DNA of 64,000 nucleotides from Tubiluchus corallicola (Eukaryota; Animalia; Priapulida): assembly GCA_030141605.1 (NCBI GenBank), contig JAQGDQ010002390.1:88945-152944 (forward strand). The letters are read 5' to 3'. A program made the position numbers and the translations under genes. Below are positions 29,550-40,654 of the stretch, one piece after another (position 1 is the stretch's first letter; every line of letters starts with the position of its first letter). Under the pieces are notes generated by a model that had not been told where the DNA came from, did no database searches, and saw only the letters and a program-made list of their open reading frames with translations.

Positions 29550-32201
29550 ATGAAAAATATTAATACGATCCGCCAAACATTTTTAGACTATTTCACACGC
29601 TACCAGCATACAATTGTGCCATCAAGTCCCCTTGTGCCTCACAACGATCCGACTTTAATGTTCACAAACGCCGGCATGGTCCCTTTTAAAAACCTCTTTA
29701 CAGAAACAGAAACACGAGCCTATCAACGCGCGGTAACAACACAAAAATGCCTCCGAGCAGGCGGAAAACATAACGATCTGGAAAATGTCGGACACACAGC
29801 GCGACACCATACCTTCTTTGAAATGCTGGGAAACTTCTCCTTCGGTGACTATTTCAAAGAAGAAGCCATTTTCTATGCCTGGGATCTCGTGACAAAAGAA
29901 TTCGCCCTGCCTACCGATCGCCTGCTGGTAACCGTATATTCCGAAGATCATGAAGCCTTTACCTATTGGAAAAAAATCGCCGGCCTTCCAGAAAGTAAAA
30001 TCCTTAAAATCGCAACAAGCGATAATTTCTGGAGCATGGGCGATACCGGTCCTTGCGGCCCCTGCTCGGAAATCTTCTACGATCACGGAGACCATATCCC
30101 CGGCGGCCCCCCAGGAAGCGCCAACGAAGATGGTGACCGATTCGTTGAAATCTGGAACCTCGTCTTCATGCAATATGAACAACTCGCTTCCGGAGAACGA
30201 AAAAATCTCCCCAAACCTTCTATTGATACAGGTATGGGACTAGAACGTATCACCGCTGTGCTTCAGGGAACACATGATAACTATAACATTGACCTCTTTC
30301 AAAAACTCATCGCCACCTCGGCTGCCTTGACAAATACAGACACTCAAGGAAGTAGCCTGCTTTCACATCGCGTTATCGCAGACCATATTCGAGCGATCGG
30401 CTTTTTAATCGCCGATGGCATTCTTCCGTCCAATGAAGGACGAGGATACGTCCTACGCCGCATTATGCGACGCGCCATGCGACACGGAAACCTTATCGGT
30501 ATGAAAAAGGACCCCTTCCTCTATAAGCTTGTCCCAACACTTATTGAGATCATGGGAGAAGCATGGCCCGAACTGCCCCGCGCCCAAACACTGATTACAG
30601 AAACCCTCAAAACAGAGGAAATTCGCTTTATACGCGCTTTGGATAACGGCTTAAAACTTCTTTCCGCTGAAACCAAACATCTAAAACAAGGCGATACCCT
30701 TTCAGGGAACGTTATCTTCCAACTTTATGATACCTACGGTTTTCCGCTGGATCTAACACAAGACGCCCTTAAAGATACAGGCATCTCCATTGATATCGAT
30801 GGCTTCGACACCGCAATGGAACAGCAGAAAACAGAAGCCCGAAAAGCCTGGGCAGGCTCCGGCGACAGCGCGACAGACCCCCTATGGCTGACTTTAAAAG
30901 ATACTCTCGGCGAAACCAACTTCCTCGGATACACAAAAGTAGAAAGTGACGCTAAACTACTGGCGATCGTTCAAGATAAAAAAGAATTGACGCATATCGA
31001 AAAAAATCAGGAGGCATTCCTTATTTTTAACCAGACACCTTTCTACGGAGAAAGCGGCGGCCAACTTGCCGATCACGGTACCCTTTACCATGAAAGCGCA
31101 AAAGCAGACGTTATCGACGTGCAGAAATACGCCGACAACCTGTTTGTCCATAAAGCCAAAATCACAGAAGGACGCCTTACAGTCGGCGATATTGTCCATC
31201 TTCAAGTCGATAAGCGATATCGCTCTCAGGTTGCCGCTCACCATTCCGCAGCCCACCTTCTACACGCCGCCTTAAGAGACCATTTCGGTGACCATATCAC
31301 ACAAAAGGGCTCTATGGTCTCTAATACAAAAATACGCTTTGACATCAGCCACCCACGCCCTTTAAACGCAGAAGAGCTACAGATCATCGAGCAAAATGTC
31401 AACGCGCAAATTATCAAAAACATCCCCCTTCACACACAGATACTGTCTTACCAGGAAAGCTTGAAAACAGGCGCCTTATCCCTTTTCGGAGAAAAATATG
31501 ACGAAAATGTCCGTATTGTCTCCATGGGAGAAAATAAAGACAATAATATCGCCTTCTCTATAGAACTCTGCGGCGGAACACACGTTAAGCGAACAGGCGA
31601 TATCGGCATGTTTATCATTACGGCAGAAAGCTCTCTGGCCGCCGGCGTCCGCCGAATTGAAGCCGTCGCCGGATTAAGCGCCCTAAAATGGCACCAGAAT
31701 AATGAAACACTCCTTAATCAAGCAGCAGCCCTGCTGAAAATTAAACGCGACCATATTCCAGATCGCTTAAACGCTCTTTTAGAAGAGCGCAAAACAATGG
31801 AAAAAGAAATCCAAACCTTAAGAAAACAACTCGCTTCCGGAAAAACGCTCCCCGGTAACACCGCCGAAACCATCAAGGATATCTCCTTTATCGGAAAAAT
31901 TATGGACGATATCCCCCCAAAAGAACTTAAAGGCATGGCTGATGACATTATTTCTCAGCATCCCGCTCCCTGCGTCGCCGCCCTGATTACAAAATCAACA
32001 GCGAAAGCCTCCCTGGTAGTCGCTGTCTCTAAAGAATCCACAGATCGCTTAAACGCGATCACCCTCGTACAAACCGGCGCTGTCGCTATGGGAGGAAAAG
32101 GAGGAGGCGGCCGACCCGACATGGCGCAAGCCGGCGGCCCAGACTCCCAAAAAGCAGAACAGGCCATCAATGCCATTAAAGCCGCAATCGAAAAAGCATG
32201 A
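29550..32201 (+). CDS. alaS: alanine--tRNA ligase
   Basis: FTNAGM, RHHTFFEMLGNFSFGDYFK, DTGMGLER, HxxxH, ELCGGTH, GGKGGG. Confidence 0.98.
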   Translation: MKNINTIRQTFLDYFTRYQHTIVPSSPLVPHNDPTLMFTNAGMVPFKNLFTETETRAYQRAVTTQKCLRAGGKHNDLENVGHTARHHTFFEMLGNFSFGDYFKEEAIFYAWDLVTKEFALPTDRLLVTVYSEDHEAFTYWKKIAGLPESKILKIATSDNFWSMGDTGPCGPCSEIFYDHGDHIPGGPPGSANEDGDRFVEIWNLVFMQYEQLASGERKNLPKPSIDTGMGLERITAVLQGTHDNYNIDLFQKLIATSAALTNTDTQGSSLLSHRVIADHIRAIGFLIADGILPSNEGRGYVLRRIMRRAMRHGNLIGMKKDPFLYKLVPTLIEIMGEAWPELPRAQTLITETLKTEEIRFIRALDNGLKLLSAETKHLKQGDTLSGNVIFQLYDTYGFPLDLTQDALKDTGISIDIDGFDTAMEQQKTEARKAWAGSGDSATDPLWLTLKDTLGETNFLGYTKVESDAKLLAIVQDKKELTHIEKNQEAFLIFNQTPFYGESGGQLADHGTLYHESAKADVIDVQKYADNLFVHKAKITEGRLTVGDIVHLQVDKRYRSQVAAHHSAAHLLHAALRDHFGDHITQKGSMVSNTKIRFDISHPRPLNAEELQIIEQNVNAQIIKNIPLHTQILSYQESLKTGALSLFGEKYDENVRIVSMGENKDNNIAFSIELCGGTHVKRTGDIGMFIITAESSLAAGVRRIEAVAGLSALKWHQNNETLLNQAAALLKIKRDHIPDRLNALLEERKTMEKEIQTLRKQLASGKTLPGNTAETIKDISFIGKIMDDIPPKELKGMADDIISQHPAPCVAALITKSTAKASLVVAVSKESTDRLNAITLVQTGAVAMGGKGGGGRPDMAQAGGPDSQKAEQAINAIKAAIEKA

Positions 32202-33409
32202 ATATCCAAAAACAAAAATTAAAACATTTCTTCAAAAGCCCAGAAGGCCTGCTCATAGTTATGAGCTTTTCCATGCCGATCGCCTTTAATACATGGAATG
32301 TCCTGCTGAATAATTTCGCCATTGAGAAAGCCAGCTTTCAAGGAGAACATATCGGCCTCCTTCAGAGTATTCGCGAAATCCCCGGATTTCTCGCCTTTGG
32401 TGTCATCTTTCTTCTCTTTATGATTCGAGAACAAAGACTCGCCCTCCTCAGCCTGATCATACTCGGAGTTGGCGTTGCCTTCACCGGCTTGTTTCCCACA
32501 AAAATCGGCCTTTATACAACAACCTTAATCATGTCCATAGGATTTCACTGGTTTGAAACCCTGCGGCAATCGCTCTCACTACAGTGGATATCAAAAGAAC
32601 GCGCGTCAATCGTACTGGGACGCCTCGTCTCTGTCGATTCTATCGCTTCAATTTTCGGTCTCGCTCTCGTCTGGCTGTTACTGACGCAATTTCACTTCTC
32701 GATGACTGTCGTTTATCTCATCAATGGCCTTCTGCTCGTCCTGATTATCCTCATGGCATGGATTCTCTTTCCTTCCTTTGAAAACCATCAGCAGCAGCAT
32801 CAGAAAATTATCCTGCGAAAACGCTACACCCTCTACTATATCCTGACATTTATGGCAGGAGCTAGACGCCAGATTTTCATGGTATTCGCAAACTTTATGA
32901 TGGTTTATACATTCAAAATGCTCCCTCATCAAGTTACACTCCTCTTTCTTGTAACCTGCTTTATCAATATATTCCTCGCCCCTAAAATCGGAAAATTGAT
33001 CGCTCAACATGGCGAAAGAAAAATCCTCATTATCGAATATATAGGCCTTTGCGCCATCTTTGTCTCCTACGCTTTTCTCAGCACAATCCAGTGGGCGATT
33101 ATTATGTATATACTCAACCATCTGTTCTTCAGCCTTTCCATCGCTATCAAAACCTATTTCCAAAAAATAGCCAACCCCCAAGATATCGCCTCAACAGCCG
33201 CCGTCAGCTTTACAATCAACCATCTCGCCGCTGTCTTTATTCCTGTCTTCTTCGGAAGAATATGGGACATCTCACCCTCCGCTGTCTTTCTAGCAGGAGC
33301 CGCCATGGCTTTTATCTCCTTTCTCCTGTCCTGCCTAGTCCCAAGACACCCAACAATCGAAATACCCACAATCAGTATGTCGAGAAAAAAACAACCCGCA
33401 GAAACATAG
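32198..33409 (+). CDS. MFS transporter
   Basis: About 12 TM segments, REIPGFLAF, GARRQIF, FTINH; ATGA overlap with alaS. Confidence 0.85.
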   Translation: MNIQKQKLKHFFKSPEGLLIVMSFSMPIAFNTWNVLLNNFAIEKASFQGEHIGLLQSIREIPGFLAFGVIFLLFMIREQRLALLSLIILGVGVAFTGLFPTKIGLYTTTLIMSIGFHWFETLRQSLSLQWISKERASIVLGRLVSVDSIASIFGLALVWLLLTQFHFSMTVVYLINGLLLVLIILMAWILFPSFENHQQQHQKIILRKRYTLYYILTFMAGARRQIFMVFANFMMVYTFKMLPHQVTLLFLVTCFINIFLAPKIGKLIAQHGERKILIIEYIGLCAIFVSYAFLSTIQWAIIMYILNHLFFSLSIAIKTYFQKIANPQDIASTAAVSFTINHLAAVFIPVFFGRIWDISPSAVFLAGAAMAFISFLLSCLVPRHPTIEIPTISMSRKKQPAET

Positions 33410-33415
33410 GCAACA

Positions 33416-33754
33416 ATGGCACGCTCACCCTTTGCGCTCACAAAAGAAAAGCAAATTAAATTATTCGTGCAGCTTTCTCCCGCCGCCTCTAAAAATACAC
33501 TCGCGGGAATTCGTAAAGACGCAACAGGACAAGAGCGCCTCCGAATTCTCGTCACGGCACAACCGGAAAAAGGAAAAGCAAACACCGCCGCTATACAGCT
33601 ACTGGCAAAAACACTCAAAATACCTAAATCCACCATAACAATCACACATGGTTTGACAGATAAATATAAGAGCTTCATAATCAATAACGCAGATCAATCA
33701 ACCATCGAAACGCTTCAAAACATCATACACTCCAGCGCTACAACAGAAAGATAA
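33416..33754 (+). CDS. DUF167/YggU family protein
   Basis: VTAQPEKGKAN, LKIPKS..G..K; upstream of folD. Confidence 0.85.
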   Translation: MARSPFALTKEKQIKLFVQLSPAASKNTLAGIRKDATGQERLRILVTAQPEKGKANTAAIQLLAKTLKIPKSTITITHGLTDKYKSFIINNADQSTIETLQNIIHSSATTER

Positions 33755-33760
33755 AACCCT

Positions 33761-34645
33761 ATGAATACACATATTATCAACGGAAAAAAAATCGCGGAAA
33801 CTGTCCGGCAATCCCTGAAAAAAACCGTTGCGGACCTCCAGAAAAACCATAATCTCACCCCCGGACTCGCCGTGGTGCTCATCGGTGAGGACCCCGCAAG
33901 CCAAGTCTATGTCCGTAATAAAATCGCACAAACAAAAGAAGTCCTGATGAACTCCTTTGAATTTAAACTGCCCGCCCAAACCCCTCAGGACGAGGTGCTG
34001 GCACTCGTGCATACACTCAATAAACGGCAAGACGTCCATGGAATTCTTGTCCAGTTTCCAGTCCCAGACCACATGAACCAAGCCGAAATCATCAAAGCTA
34101 TCGATCCAAAAAAAGACGTCGATGGACTCCATATAGAAAATATCGGCCTGCTGACAACAGGCGACAAAGGACTAACACCCTGCACACCTTCGGGATGCGT
34201 TCTTCTTCTGAAAAAAACCCTCCCCTCCCTTAGCGGTAAACACGCTGTAATCGTCGGACGCTCCAGACTGGTCGGAAAACCGCTCGCTATGCTGCTGTTA
34301 AATGAAAATTGTACCGTGACAATCGCTCACTCGAGAACAGAAAACCTGCCCGCCATATGCCAGAAAGCCGACATTCTAATCGCCGCCGTCGGAAAATCCA
34401 TGATGATCAAAAAAGAATGGGTGAAACCAGGCGCAACCGTTATTGACGTCGGAATCAACCGAATGAAAATCCCAGACGGAAAAGCAAAACTTGTTGGCGA
34501 TGTCGATTTCGAAAATGTAAGCCCAATCGCAGGCGCCATAACACCCGTCCCCGGCGGCGTTGGACCAATGACAATCGCCTGCCTCCTGCGCAATACCGTC
34601 ACCGCCGCCTGCCAGCAAAACAATCTCCCAAACCCTCTTGAATAA
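33761..34645 (+). CDS. folD: methylenetetrahydrofolate dehydrogenase/cyclohydrolase
   Basis: [34 protein letters not shown]. Confidence 0.97.
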   Translation: MNTHIINGKKIAETVRQSLKKTVADLQKNHNLTPGLAVVLIGEDPASQVYVRNKIAQTKEVLMNSFEFKLPAQTPQDEVLALVHTLNKRQDVHGILVQFPVPDHMNQAEIIKAIDPKKDVDGLHIENIGLLTTGDKGLTPCTPSGCVLLLKKTLPSLSGKHAVIVGRSRLVGKPLAMLLLNENCTVTIAHSRTENLPAICQKADILIAAVGKSMMIKKEWVKPGATVIDVGINRMKIPDGKAKLVGDVDFENVSPIAGAITPVPGGVGPMTIACLLRNTVTAACQQNNLPNPLE

Positions 34646-34657
34646 AATCACCAGAAC

Positions 34658-34691
34658 AAAAGCCAGATTCCCCTAAAAGAAACTGGCTTTT
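34658..34691. terminator. probable bidirectional terminator
   Basis: AAAAGCCAG...CTGGCTTTT between convergent folD and galM. Confidence 0.65.
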
Positions 34692-34700
34692 CAACCCCCC

Positions 34701-35771
34701 TTATCGAAACTCTCTCTCCATCCCTTGGCGTGTAGAGAAATGATAGACTGTTTTTTGATGATACATATCCCCCGGTCTTAACAGCGTTGAAGGAAAATTA
34801 TCATGATTCGGTGAATCCGGAAAATGTTGCGCCTCCAGACAAAAACCGCTGAACGCGCCATATAAAACCCCTCTTTTGCCTAAGAGACTCCCATCCATAT
34901 AAGCGCTGTTGTAAAACTGCACGCCGGGCTCCGTCGTTCGCATGCTCATTAATCGACCGCTTTTAGGATCATAAACACGCGCAACTTCCCGCAGCTCCCC
35001 TCTGCCTCCTCTTAAAACATAATTAATATCAAAAGCGCCATCTCGCATACCTTCCATAGCGTCCTGAAGAGCCCGTTCACAACGAAAATCATACCCCCTT
35101 CCCTCAACAGATAATAATGACCCCGTCGGTATTAAACGATCATTGACCTCCGTGACATAATCCGCCGCTATCCAGAATTTATGCCGGCAAATATCCCCAG
35201 AACCCTGACCTGAAAGATTAAAATATCCATGATGGGTCATATTGACAATCGTCGTGCGATCACTCTCTGCCTTATAATCAAAAACCAAACTGTTATCCGC
35301 CGTTAACGTTATTGTCACATACGTTTTTAAATTGCCCGGATACCCCTCTTCACCATCTGGGGAAACACGCGTAAAACAAACAGAAGCCTCATCCTCTTTT
35401 CGCGAAGCGTAACTGGACCAGAGATGGCGATGAAACCCATTCTCTCCCCCATGAAGATGATTGTTAAAAATAGCCTCGTTACACGGAAGACAATAAGATG
35501 CCCCATCAAGCGTAAAACACCCACGATCAATCCGATTACCATAGCGCCCGACAATCACTCCTAAATAGGCGCGATCCCTTTGATACGAGGCTAAATCGTC
35601 AAACCCTAAAACAATATCCTCCTCCCGCCCTTGCCGATCCAACACCGTAAGAGACATCACCGTCGGACCATAATCCATCAGCCTCATAGACATGCCTCGC
35701 TTATTTTTTAAAAAATAAGCCATGACCTCGCCTTCCTCACATACCCCGAAAACAGACTTTTCAACGTTCAT
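34701..35771 (-). CDS. galM: aldose 1-epimerase
   Basis: GRYGNRI, LHGG, GYPG, NMTHHGYFNL, GFCLEAQHFPDSPN. Confidence 0.95.
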   Translation of the reverse strand: MNVEKSVFGVCEEGEVMAYFLKNKRGMSMRLMDYGPTVMSLTVLDRQGREEDIVLGFDDLASYQRDRAYLGVIVGRYGNRIDRGCFTLDGASYCLPCNEAIFNNHLHGGENGFHRHLWSSYASRKEDEASVCFTRVSPDGEEGYPGNLKTYVTITLTADNSLVFDYKAESDRTTIVNMTHHGYFNLSGQGSGDICRHKFWIAADYVTEVNDRLIPTGSLLSVEGRGYDFRCERALQDAMEGMRDGAFDINYVLRGGRGELREVARVYDPKSGRLMSMRTTEPGVQFYNSAYMDGSLLGKRGVLYGAFSGFCLEAQHFPDSPNHDNFPSTLLRPGDMYHQKTVYHFSTRQGMEREFR

Positions 35772-36616
35772 GATATCTCCTTCTCTTTATCAATTTCATC
35801 GCCGTTCTTTTTTCTCTCGGAAGAACGCAGCAGAAAAATAGACCCCTCATAAAGAAAAATAAGCAGCCCCGCGAGAAATACTTGACTCACAGGATCCGGA
35901 GGTGTGAAAATCGCAGCGATAACAAAGGCTAAAACAACCATTATACGACGCCATCGCCTTAACATGCTGGCTTTTAAAACACCCACCTTCCCTAAAATCA
36001 TAATCACAATAGGTATCTGAAAACAAACCGCAAACGCCACGATAATATGAATGGAAAGAGACAGATACTCATTAACCTTCGGCAATAAAGAAATAGGGAT
36101 ATCCTGCCCATTTCTAACCTCAAACTGTATAAAAAAACGCCACGCCACCGGAATAACCCAAAAATACGCGACAGCAGCGCCTCCCCACCACAGCAAAGGC
36201 GACAAAAGAAATATATCCCCAAAAGCTTTTTTCTCCCTCGGATATAATCCCGGTACAATAAAACGCCAAATATGATATAAAATTATAGGAGACCCTAAAA
36301 AAAACGCACAGAAAAACGCCAGCTTTACATTAGTGATAAACGCTTCATGAAGCGCCGTGTAAACAATCTCAACATCACGCCCTTCCAAAGCGACAATCCG
36401 CTGAAGCGGACGCGCGAGAAACAGAAAAATCTCACGCGAGAAATAAAAACTCACTAAAAATAAACCCAGAAAAACCCAAAGCGTACGGATAAGACGCTGG
36501 CGCAATTCCGATAAATGCGCCGCCAAAGGCATGGCTTCCGACTCTTGCGCACCCTGCGCCGCCGACGTCACACCTGCTGAAAAAACACTCTCTTCCTTCT
36601 TTTTTTCCTTTGCCAT
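35768..36616 (-). CDS. tatC: Sec-independent translocase TatC
   Basis: HLSELRQRL, PGLYPREK, FQIP, TPPDP..LYE. Confidence 0.96.
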   Translation of the reverse strand: MAKEKKKEESVFSAGVTSAAQGAQESEAMPLAAHLSELRQRLIRTLWVFLGLFLVSFYFSREIFLFLARPLQRIVALEGRDVEIVYTALHEAFITNVKLAFFCAFFLGSPIILYHIWRFIVPGLYPREKKAFGDIFLLSPLLWWGGAAVAYFWVIPVAWRFFIQFEVRNGQDIPISLLPKVNEYLSLSIHIIVAFAVCFQIPIVIMILGKVGVLKASMLRRWRRIMVVLAFVIAAIFTPPDPVSQVFLAGLLIFLYEGSIFLLRSSERKKNGDEIDKEKEIS

Positions 36617-36628
36617 TCAACAGTATCT

Positions 36629-36850
36629 CTAGCTATCCTCACTGCCTTTGTCTCGCAAAGAATCCCTTTTTGAAGATGGCGGCTCATCTTCTTTTTTCTC
36701 TGGAGAATCCGTTTCCCTCATCTGCTGTTGAAACGCTTTCATCCCCTTGCCAAGATCTTCCATAATCGCCGAAATCTTTCCCTTCCCGCCAAAAAGAATA
36801 ACCACAATCAAAAGAACAATTAACCAATGCCATATACTGAATATTCCCAT
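36629..36850 (-). CDS. tatA: Sec-independent translocase TatA
   Basis: SIWHWLIV...LFG..K...DLGKGMKAF. Confidence 0.95.
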   Translation of the reverse strand: MGIFSIWHWLIVLLIVVILFGGKGKISAIMEDLGKGMKAFQQQMRETDSPEKKEDEPPSSKRDSLRDKGSEDS

Positions 36851-36884
36851 AAAATAACGTCCTTATATCTCAATAAATAAAAGC

Positions 36885-37328
36885 TTACGGCAGCCTCCCC
36901 AACTTCTCTACACGCGCCATATGCCTCTTCCCTTCAAAATCAGTCGATAAAAATATCTCTATACAGGCAAAGATCTCCACAGGCTCCATCGTTCGAGCCC
37001 CAACACATAAAACATTCGCGTCATTATGTCGCCGCGCCAATGCCGTATACGTCGTATTAAAAACAAGCGCCGCTCGAAGAAAGGGAAATCGATTCGCCGC
37101 TATACTCATGCCGATTCCCGTCCCACAAACCAAAATCCCTCGCCGCGCCCTGCCGACTCGTAACTCTTCCGCGAGACGCGCCGCATAATCAGGGTAATCC
37201 GCCTCTAAACCTTCCTCCGGCCCTACATCATACGAAACAATTCCACGCTTTGTAAGCCACATGGCAATATCCCGCCGCAACGCAACACCTACATGATCAC
37301 CTGCGACAACAATCGTCTCTTTATTCAT
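36885..37328 (-). CDS. rpiB: ribose-5-phosphate isomerase B
   Basis: DHVG, DYPD, CGTGIGMSIAAN, RRHNDAN, RH..RV. Confidence 0.95.
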   Translation of the reverse strand: MNKETIVVAGDHVGVALRRDIAMWLTKRGIVSYDVGPEEGLEADYPDYAARLAEELRVGRARRGILVCGTGIGMSIAANRFPFLRAALVFNTTYTALARRHNDANVLCVGARTMEPVEIFACIEIFLSTDFEGKRHMARVEKLGRLP

Positions 37329-37356
37329 TATTCTTCCTGATAAATCGTCATTACCA

Positions 37357-38400
37357 TTAGCGGTTTTCTTTCTCGATAGCTTCCCAAAGACCCAGCAAAT
37401 AAGAAGCGCCTAACGCTCTGTCATAAAGGCCGTACCCGGGACGTCCCTCCTCTCCCCAGATCATCCGCCCATGATCCGGACGAACATACCCCTTAAAGCC
37501 AACATCATGATACGCTTTCATAATCTCATACATATCCAGGCTGCCACAAGACGATAAATGCGCCGTTTCATGAAACCCGTTCTGCGTATGCTGAATATTT
37601 CTACAATGCGCGAAATGAATACGATCCATCCCTCCAAAACGCGCAATAGCCTTCGGTAAATCCATCATCCGATTAGGCCCCAGAGAACCACTACATAACG
37701 TCAAACCATTAGCGCGATTGTCGACAAGCGATACAACACGCTCTAACGCTTCCATCCCTGTAATAATACGAGGCAAACCAAAAATCGGCATCGGAGGATC
37801 ATCCGGATGTAACGCTAAAACAACACCCGCTTCCTGAGCCACAGGAACAACCCTTTGTAAAAAATACGCCAGATTTCCCCAAAGCTGCTCATCATCAATC
37901 TGCGACCAGCTTTCCAACAAAGAACGTAACTCCTCTGCGCTCCATGTTGTCGCCCAGCCCGGCAAATCCATCGCGCCCTGACGTAAATCAATATGAGAAA
38001 GTTCATCTTCATCAAAACTTAAACATGTGGAACCATCCAAAAGCGGCATCGCTAAATTTGAACGCGTCCAATCAAAAACTGGCATAAAATTATAACAAAT
38101 AACAGAAACACCCGCTTTTCCCGCGTTTTTTAAACTTTCACAATAATTATCAATATAACGATCGCGACTCGCCAGCCCCAGCTTTATATCCTCATGAACA
38201 GGAATACTCTCAATAACAGGAAACGATAAACCAGAAGCCTCAATTTCCCCCTTGAGATCCATAAGACGCGAGAGCGGCCAAACATCACCTATCGGTATAT
38301 CATAAAGCGCCGTAACAATACCATCAACCCCAGGAATTTGACGAATATAGCCAAGAGAAACCGGATCATCCTGCCCATACCATCTGAACGTCATATGCAT
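37357..38400 (-). CDS. uxuA: mannonate dehydratase
   Basis: [41 protein letters not shown]. Confidence 0.96.
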   Translation of the reverse strand: MHMTFRWYGQDDPVSLGYIRQIPGVDGIVTALYDIPIGDVWPLSRLMDLKGEIEASGLSFPVIESIPVHEDIKLGLASRDRYIDNYCESLKNAGKAGVSVICYNFMPVFDWTRSNLAMPLLDGSTCLSFDEDELSHIDLRQGAMDLPGWATTWSAEELRSLLESWSQIDDEQLWGNLAYFLQRVVPVAQEAGVVLALHPDDPPMPIFGLPRIITGMEALERVVSLVDNRANGLTLCSGSLGPNRMMDLPKAIARFGGMDRIHFAHCRNIQHTQNGFHETAHLSSCGSLDMYEIMKAYHDVGFKGYVRPDHGRMIWGEEGRPGYGLYDRALGASYLLGLWEAIEKENR

Positions 38401-38469
38401 ATAACCATCCTCCTTAAAAATCTAGTTATTTAAAATTATATATAGCCAAACACTAAGCAATTGCTTATC

Positions 38470-38670
38470 TTATTTTTTATATTCAAAATCCTCAAGAACT
38501 CTCGCCTCCTCCAACAACATAATCGGTATGCCGTCCCGAATGGGAAACGCCAGCTTCGCCTTGTCACTGATAAGCTCCTGACGTTTACGGTTATAACGTA
38601 ATGTCGTATGTGTCAACGGGCAGACTAAAATCTCTAAAAGCGCCGGATCAACCTTCTTACGTGAAACCAT
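38470..38670 (-). CDS. Trm112 family protein
   Basis: [23 protein letters not shown]. Confidence 0.92.
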   Translation of the reverse strand: MVSRKKVDPALLEILVCPLTHTTLRYNRKRQELISDKAKLAFPIRDGIPIMLLEEARVLEDFEYKK

Positions 38671-38685
38671 GGATAACTCCTTAAT

Positions 38686-39600
38686 TTACGAAAATAAAAG
38701 TAAAGACATACGTTTGCGAATCTCAACAGATAAAGAGTTATCAACCCCTAAAGCATCCAAAATTTTCAACAGCTGCTTGCGAGCGCCATCTTCTTTCCAC
38801 TGGCGATCAACCTCCATAATATTCAGCAAAAGACGCGCAGACTCCTCATGCTGCCCACAAGACCATAGCGCTAACGACAAACCAAACTGAGCCTCTAAAT
38901 TCTCAGGCTCCCGCGATAATAAACGACGGTATTTCTCAATATCCCGACCGGCCTCACCCGCCTCCTGAGCCAACGCCACCTTGGAAGTCACCGACGATAA
39001 AGCAGAGGAATTTATAACATCACTGCCCAAAGAATCAATATACTCCTGAGCGCAAGCAGGACCCTCAACCTCTAAAAGACAATGGATAAAAGAAGAAAGA
39101 GCCGCCTTATTCTGCGAATCTTCCTCTAAAATCCGCTTGTAAACAAAAAGAGCCGATTGAAAATCCTCAGAATCCATCAAGTCTTCCCCTTGTTGCAAAA
39201 GCCTCTCCAATGGTGTGCTTAACTCCCCAACAAGACGGGTAATTATCTCCTTGATCTTCTTCTCATCCGCAGGACCCGCAAAACCATCAACAGGTTGCCC
39301 GTTAGAAAAAATCATCACCGTCGGCAACGCCTGAATTCCCAGCTGAGAAGCAATCATCTGATTGCTGTCAACATTTAAATGAACAAGAGAAACCTTCCCG
39401 TCAGCAAGAGAAATCTCACGCTCCAGATGCTCCTTCACCTGCAAACAAACTGGGCTCCGCTCTGTATAAAAATTAACAAAAACAGGGCGCTCCTGCGAAA
39501 CCTCCATAACATCCTGCATGAAATTCTGCTCTGTCGTCTCCTTGATAAAAGAGCAAGCGCCCGACTCTTTCTTTTTCGCTCCACCCATTCCAAAAACCAT
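38686..39600 (-). CDS. cnoX: chaperedoxin CnoX/YbbN (thioredoxin + TPR)
   Basis: N-terminal Trx fold (F.QDV..S..PV, GIQALPTV, PVDGFAG), TPR region, C-terminal ARKQLL...RKRMSLLLFS. Confidence 0.9.
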   Translation of the reverse strand: MVFGMGGAKKKESGACSFIKETTEQNFMQDVMEVSQERPVFVNFYTERSPVCLQVKEHLEREISLADGKVSLVHLNVDSNQMIASQLGIQALPTVMIFSNGQPVDGFAGPADEKKIKEIITRLVGELSTPLERLLQQGEDLMDSEDFQSALFVYKRILEEDSQNKAALSSFIHCLLEVEGPACAQEYIDSLGSDVINSSALSSVTSKVALAQEAGEAGRDIEKYRRLLSREPENLEAQFGLSLALWSCGQHEESARLLLNIMEVDRQWKEDGARKQLLKILDALGVDNSLSVEIRKRMSLLLFS

Positions 39601-39799
39601 ATCCTTAATAACTCCTCAACTGTTTTCTTAAATAGCCACCATTATTGTGGCTCAATAATTATAAAACAACAATAAAAATTTTCCGAAAATAAACACAGAC
39701 CAAAAAATAAAAACAATTCCCCCCCTTTGACAAAAAGCCCGCTTAAAACTAAAAAAACACTTGATTTTTTCTCTAAATCATATTAATTGTTAGGGAAAC

Positions 39800-39874
39800 G
39801 CGGGTGTAGCTCAGGGGTAGAGCGCAACCTTGCCAAGGTTGAAGTCGTGGGTTCAAATCCCATCACCCGCTCCA
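39800..39874 (+). tRNA. tRNA-Gly (GCC)
   Basis: GCGGGTG/CACCCGC acceptor stem, anticodon arm CAACC-TTGCCAA-GGTTG, GGTTCAAATCC, encoded CCA. Confidence 0.97.
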
Positions 39875-40084
39875 TTTATTGGCATCAAGGCCCGCCCCCC
39901 ATTGATCTGTATCAAAACCTGCTTTTATTCCCTTGACCACGACTACCGAATATCAAGGTCTGCCCCCTGTTTATCTGCATAAAGAAATAGACTCTCAGCG
40001 AACAATTAATAATCCCCCCCTCTCCTAGAGACGATCTTTCCCATTTTGTTTTACTGAAAAGCCTATGGACGCCATCCCCTTAAC

Positions 40085-40654
40085 CTAAAGATAACCCGGA
40101 AAAGAAGACGACAGTAAACAATCATCATCCCTATCAACAACCTGTAAAGCAATCTCACGCGGAAAACCACGACGCATCAAAGCCATGACCTCCTTCTCCC
40201 AATTCAATACACCCTCCTCGCGCCAAGGACCTAAATGCCGGCGACGCGCAAACAAAAATGCCGCCATAAGCTCTAGATTCTCCCCTTTTTTCGCGCACTC
40301 ATCCCCATAATCCCTCAAGACAGATTCACACACCGCCAAGTCAATTCCTTTCTTTTTCATCTTCTCCCGAATCATTATCAAAGAGTTCCCACGACGCAAT
40401 AAAGATCGCGCCATTCCCTCTGCCAGTAAACGATCATTAAGAACACCCCGCTTTGATAAATCATCCACAAGCTCCCGCAGTTGAGTCTCAATTTCCAACG
40501 AAGAAAAATCAGCAAACCGTTTTAAACGTTTTGTTTTCTGATATAAAAAATTATAAAGCCCCCGCCGAGACGCTGGAAAACGATCGAGATAAGATAACGC
40601 CTCATGCCGAAGCGCCCGCTGAAGTTTTTTTGTTTTACAAAGAGAATCGCTCAA
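40085..40654 (-). CDS. recX: regulatory protein RecX
   Basis: AL.YL.RF..S, G.LND, L.RRG.S, ARRRHLGPW, LMRRGF. Confidence 0.85.
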   Translation of the reverse strand: MSDSLCKTKKLQRALRHEALSYLDRFPASRRGLYNFLYQKTKRLKRFADFSSLEIETQLRELVDDLSKRGVLNDRLLAEGMARSLLRRGNSLIMIREKMKKKGIDLAVCESVLRDYGDECAKKGENLELMAAFLFARRRHLGPWREEGVLNWEKEVMALMRRGFPREIALQVVDRDDDCLLSSSFPGYL

